Virus record (IMG/VR): IMGVR_UViG_3300031998_000033
Coordinates: 36,685-100,684 of that record
Reading direction: 5' to 3' (one strand)
Length of the DNA stretch: 64,000 bases
Source of the DNA: a virus
Lineage: Duplodnaviria; Heunggongvirae; Uroviricota; Caudoviricetes
Shown: piece after piece, positions 60,505 to 64,000 of the stretch
Numbering within the stretch: position 1 is the stretch's first letter
How the letters are laid out: each line of letters begins with the position of its first letter
Translations under genes and position numbers: made by a program
Notes under the pieces: model-generated
The model's database searches: none
Seen by the model: the letters and a program-made list of their open reading frames with translations, nothing else
What the model was told of the DNA's origin: nothing

Positions 60505-61445
60505 TACTGTTTTTTCCCTATGTATATCATTATCGGCAGATATCTGAACGAAGGATAGGATTCTTTATTGAACTAAGCGCTGGAGCCGCCTATATCGCAG
60601 CCGCTTACTTCGATCTCGCTGACCTTAAGCGCCAGCGTACTTGTAAACGTCTTATTCGGCGTATACGGCTCATCGCCGTTATGCATACTTCCATAATCCG
60701 ACGCCGTACCTGCGTTTTTAGTCACCTTCGCCTGTATGCGGACAGTCTGGCTTCCGCCGTTGAGCTGAACGGACTGGCTATGGCTATGCCGCGGAAACGT
60801 GCCGTTGCTGAATGTATGGAAAGTCGCGCACGAAACATCGGCCGGAACAACAAAGCCGTCGATGTTCGGAATCTAAAGCGTCGTAGCCGTCTCGTTCTGG
60901 CCGAAACACAGCTTCGCGGCTTTAAAATGCTAAGCCTAGACTGAATAACTCTAGCCGGCCGGATAGACCCATCCGTCGAAAGCTCCGCTGTTTATATCTA
61001 TCTCAGACTGGTCAGGAATATACGGCAGCGCCTTGAACTTCAGCTCGCCAACGACCGGCTCGGCGGCGGCGTACGTCCATAACCTAGGCATGCACAGCCT
61101 TACCGTCCTGTTCCCGATCTTAAACGTCGCAAGCGTAGTATAATCCGGATCCTTATAGTCGTAATCGGCTTTAACGTCAAACGTATTATACCAATGCGTA
61201 TGGTCTGCCTTCGAATACGCGCTGGAAATCTCATGAGACATAGATCCGAAACCAAACCCCGCGCTAAGATCTGCAAACATACTTTCCACCAGATCGCCGT
61301 ATGTAAGCGATTTGGATATATAGTTCTTGTATCCGGAATACAGCGAAGCGGGATGGCTGATGAAAAACCTGTCTTCAGCCCTTATGCGGTCTGTCTGCTG
61401 AAGCTCCTGCAGCTGGACTATGGAATCGCCTGTAAGATTTGACAT
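60504..61445 (-). CDS. Fibre/baseplate-like protein of about 313 aa with 5 in-frame TAGs
   Basis: ATG 61443-61445 behind an aggtgagg RBS. The track ORF 60951..61514 continues through TAG 60951 and four more TAGs to TAA 60504. Shares the motif INSGAFDGWVYPAG with the downstream gene. Confidence 0.5.
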
Positions 61446-61455
61446 ATAAGGCACC

Positions 61456-64000
61456 TCACCTGTTATACGATACCTACTGGAATGACACCCTAAACACGTT
61501 CTCCATGTCTTCACCGCATGGATTCTTGATCACCTTCACGTCATCGGCGTCGAACCGCATTTTATAATAAAACCGGTCGATCTTGAAATACCATGGATCG
61601 AACGCGTCGTTCAGCTCCTATGCCGTAGTAAGCTGCTCGATGTCTATAACGGGCTGGACGGAGCCGTCCGTCGGAAACATCGAATCTATCCATGCGAATC
61701 TTGTAAGCAGGCATCCGGCCAGATATATCTTGCCGTCCGTTATAACCGACATATACTCCGGCACTGTCTTCAGAATCTTTTCAAACATCAGATTCTCAAG
61801 TTCCGCCGGTGTCATCGCGAACCATGTAACCTCATACTGCTCGTCATATACTTTCAAGCTCATGTTCATTACATGATCGGCGATCTTCCATGGATTATTC
61901 GGACTGAGTCTGTAATCGTTTATATCAAATTGTTTGCCGGCGTCTACAACGTATTTTGCGCTGACAAGACTATTCCCGTCGAAATGGTAAAGACAAAGGC
62001 TTTTTAACTGCTGCAGCATCCCGTCAACGCCGTATGTACGCAAATCTGCCGCGATATTATGGTATGTATAATCATAGCATTCGCCGTTCGCATCCATAAA
62101 TACAAGAACAGGCGTCATCAGCGTAGACGCAGTCGAATTTCCAACAGTATACCGCCTGAACTTCGCGCCAAGCGCGTTCGGCTGCTTCTGCTATAGCGTC
62201 TCCCCCTGGTCTTCCTTCGCGAAATTCAGCGCGTTTGGCGAAAGCTCGTCGACGAGAAACCGCAGATGTTCATCGTACACCGGCTGCTGCTCGCATTCAA
62301 GTCCGGCCAAAAGGAACTTCTGCTTCGAAAACCAGATTTGAAACTGCTCGCTGTTCCACAATTTCTTCTGGTATACGGCGCACGGCCCGCATCCGAAAAG
62401 CGAATATATAAAAAGGCACGGCATGCCTTTACGCCTCGCCTCCTCATATATATCGCGCGCGTTATAATACCATTTGCCTGTCTGGAAATTCACCTTCGCC
62501 GTCTTATCCGGCTGATAATCCGGACGCGGCTCCGGATCGTAATGGTAGTAATTGTCGAAATATGTAAAATACGTATCCGGAGGCATGTCCTTGCACCATA
62601 TGTCGACATTATGCCGAAGTCCGAAAAATCCGGTGGAATCTATAGCTTTGACTGTATTCGCGGGATTGATGAAAGTTATCTGATCCAGCCGGTTCCCGTC
62701 AGGCATCTCATAGTTCTGATTCAGCTCTGTCACTTTATACGACTTCGCGCCTGTTCCCGTAAGCTGATTCAACAATGCGACATACTGGTCGTTAAGATCC
62801 TGCATCGCCCTGAAACTGGAGTCTACCTAAGTACGATAGAGCGGCAAATTTCCGCCGTGGCTGTTTATATACGCGTTTTGCTCGTTTACGATTTTGGTAT
62901 ATTCATCGTCTGCAAGCGCCTAAAACGAATACTCGTCTGAAATCTGCGACGCGAACTTTATTCCGGACTTCCTCTTAACAGAACTTCCGAACTTCGCGCA
63001 GGCCAGCCCGTAATTTGAATATGTCTTCAAAGTCGAATTGACGCCGCTGTTCGTTCCGTAGAAATGCTGGTTTATGGCCTTGAACACAGTATCGCGCAGC
63101 GTGCCTGTCAGCTTATTAGTCAACGCCGTAAGCCTGCTTCCCATTTTCGTCTTCAGCCTGCTTATCGCGGCGGACGGGTTTTCTACCCAATCGACGCCGT
63201 TAAGATATTCGAACTGGCCCAGATCGAGGGTATATCCGACGAATACGGCCTTCATCTGCTTTTTCGTCCCGCCGGCCTTTGCATAGTCCTAATACCGCTT
63301 TATCTCGGCGGCAGTATAACCCTCGTCCTGTTTCTGCCGTACAAAATCGGAATCCGCCCATGTTTCGTAATCCGCAAAATTATACGCGTCAACGAGGTCG
63401 GAATCCTTAAGGTATTTGCAGTTTATCTTTTTAGAACCTATTTGAACGCTGAGATAGAATGACGGCTGGACTACGCCGGGCTGTTCGAGCATGCCGTTTC
63501 CAAGCGCGGCGGCGACCATGTCCTCCGGCGTATAGAACATGTCGTCGGTCTCGCATTCTTCATGCGTTACGCCTATTGCGAGAACGACAGGCAGATTCTG
63601 CTCGGCGGCGGCGTCTATTATCGCTGTCATTGTCCTGTAATTGTCGGCGCTGCGCGCGGTCTAACCGTCGTATTCTTCATGCGAAACAAGCGCGTCTTCA
63701 TCATCTATGCCGGATTCGACATATTTCTCATATGTCGGATACAGCGCATAGTAGGGTTCCCTGAATGAATACTGCGTATTCAGGTATAGGTCGAATCCAA
63801 GATTCGGCACGCTGTATTGCTGCTCGACCGATATCTAGCTGATACCTATGCCATGGAATTTCACCCTACGCAGGTTCGGCATATTGGAAAAACAGAACGG
63901 GTCTATTTCGTCCAGCGAGTCTATCGACTGCGGAATTTCAAGCGAAGACACGTTCACGCAGCCGTAGAACGCATTTTTCTACATGTCGTTTATCGCCGAC
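61456..64000 (-). CDS. Very long structural-like protein (>840 aa, 5' end outside the window) with at least 6 in-frame TAGs
   Basis: Track ORFs 63289..63630, 62920..63255, 62191..62805 and 61618..62118 are all in one frame. They are joined only by TAG at 63661, 63289, 62920, 62827, 62191, 61618 and 61474. TGA at 61456. Confidence 0.5.

Noticed and set aside
1-64000. Alternative explanation: the in-frame TAGs are pseudogenisation or sequencing errors
   Set aside because: Interruptions are exclusively TAG (never TAA or TGA). They affect nearly every essential replication and structural gene while short early genes are spared. Frames are conserved across each TAG, with homology on both sides, and true gene ends use TAA or TGA.

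Overview
The window is phage DNA with T4-like hallmarks and no integrase or bacterial flanks. Recognisable genes: gp17-like large terminase, gp20-like portal, gp19-like tail tube, gp44-like clamp loader, gp55-like late sigma factor, RNase H/FEN, family-B DNA polymerase, ClpP-family protease, and tail-fibre-like proteins with tandem repeats. GC content is about 50%.

The dominant signal is that TAG is read as a sense codon. I found more than 75 in-frame TAGs, and none of the interruptions is TAA or TGA. They sit in essential genes (DNA polymerase, terminase, portal, clamp loader, RNase H, sigma factor, fibres), and many track ORFs start at TTG/GTG directly after a TAG. Every gene I could delimit ends in TAA or TGA. 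The six-frame track therefore fragments most late and replication genes, and I merged those fragments. TAG-free genes form blocks: 4043-9256, 15250-16611, the GC-rich 21989-24073 gene, 25448-39698 except the HNH homing-endonuclease gene (36856-37728, three in-frame TAGs), and 48593-52205.

Second major point: the large terminase is fractured into three separately translated pieces by two atypical split inteins (short N-intein, long C-intein). Each split holds a free-standing Vsr/DUF559-type homing endonuclease gene.

Third: six hypervariable genes share an N-terminal leader MKKTYTKKQI-x-EAIAYWKKQL. It resembles the T4 internal-protein capsid-targeting sequence and carries an I-x-E|A site like those cut by the T4 prohead protease.

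Other content: a TAG-free NAD-salvage pair (PncB-like NAPRTase and NMNAT-Nudix); a TAG-free membrane cluster (S2P protease, SPFH lipoprotein, small membrane proteins); an HNH homing endonuclease beside a duplicated pncB tail; and a GC-rich, TAG-free 694-aa gene with its own sigma70-type promoter and a duplication scar.

I found no tRNA, including no suppressor tRNA, and no CRISPR array. All coordinates of merged genes were read by eye and may be off by a few bases.
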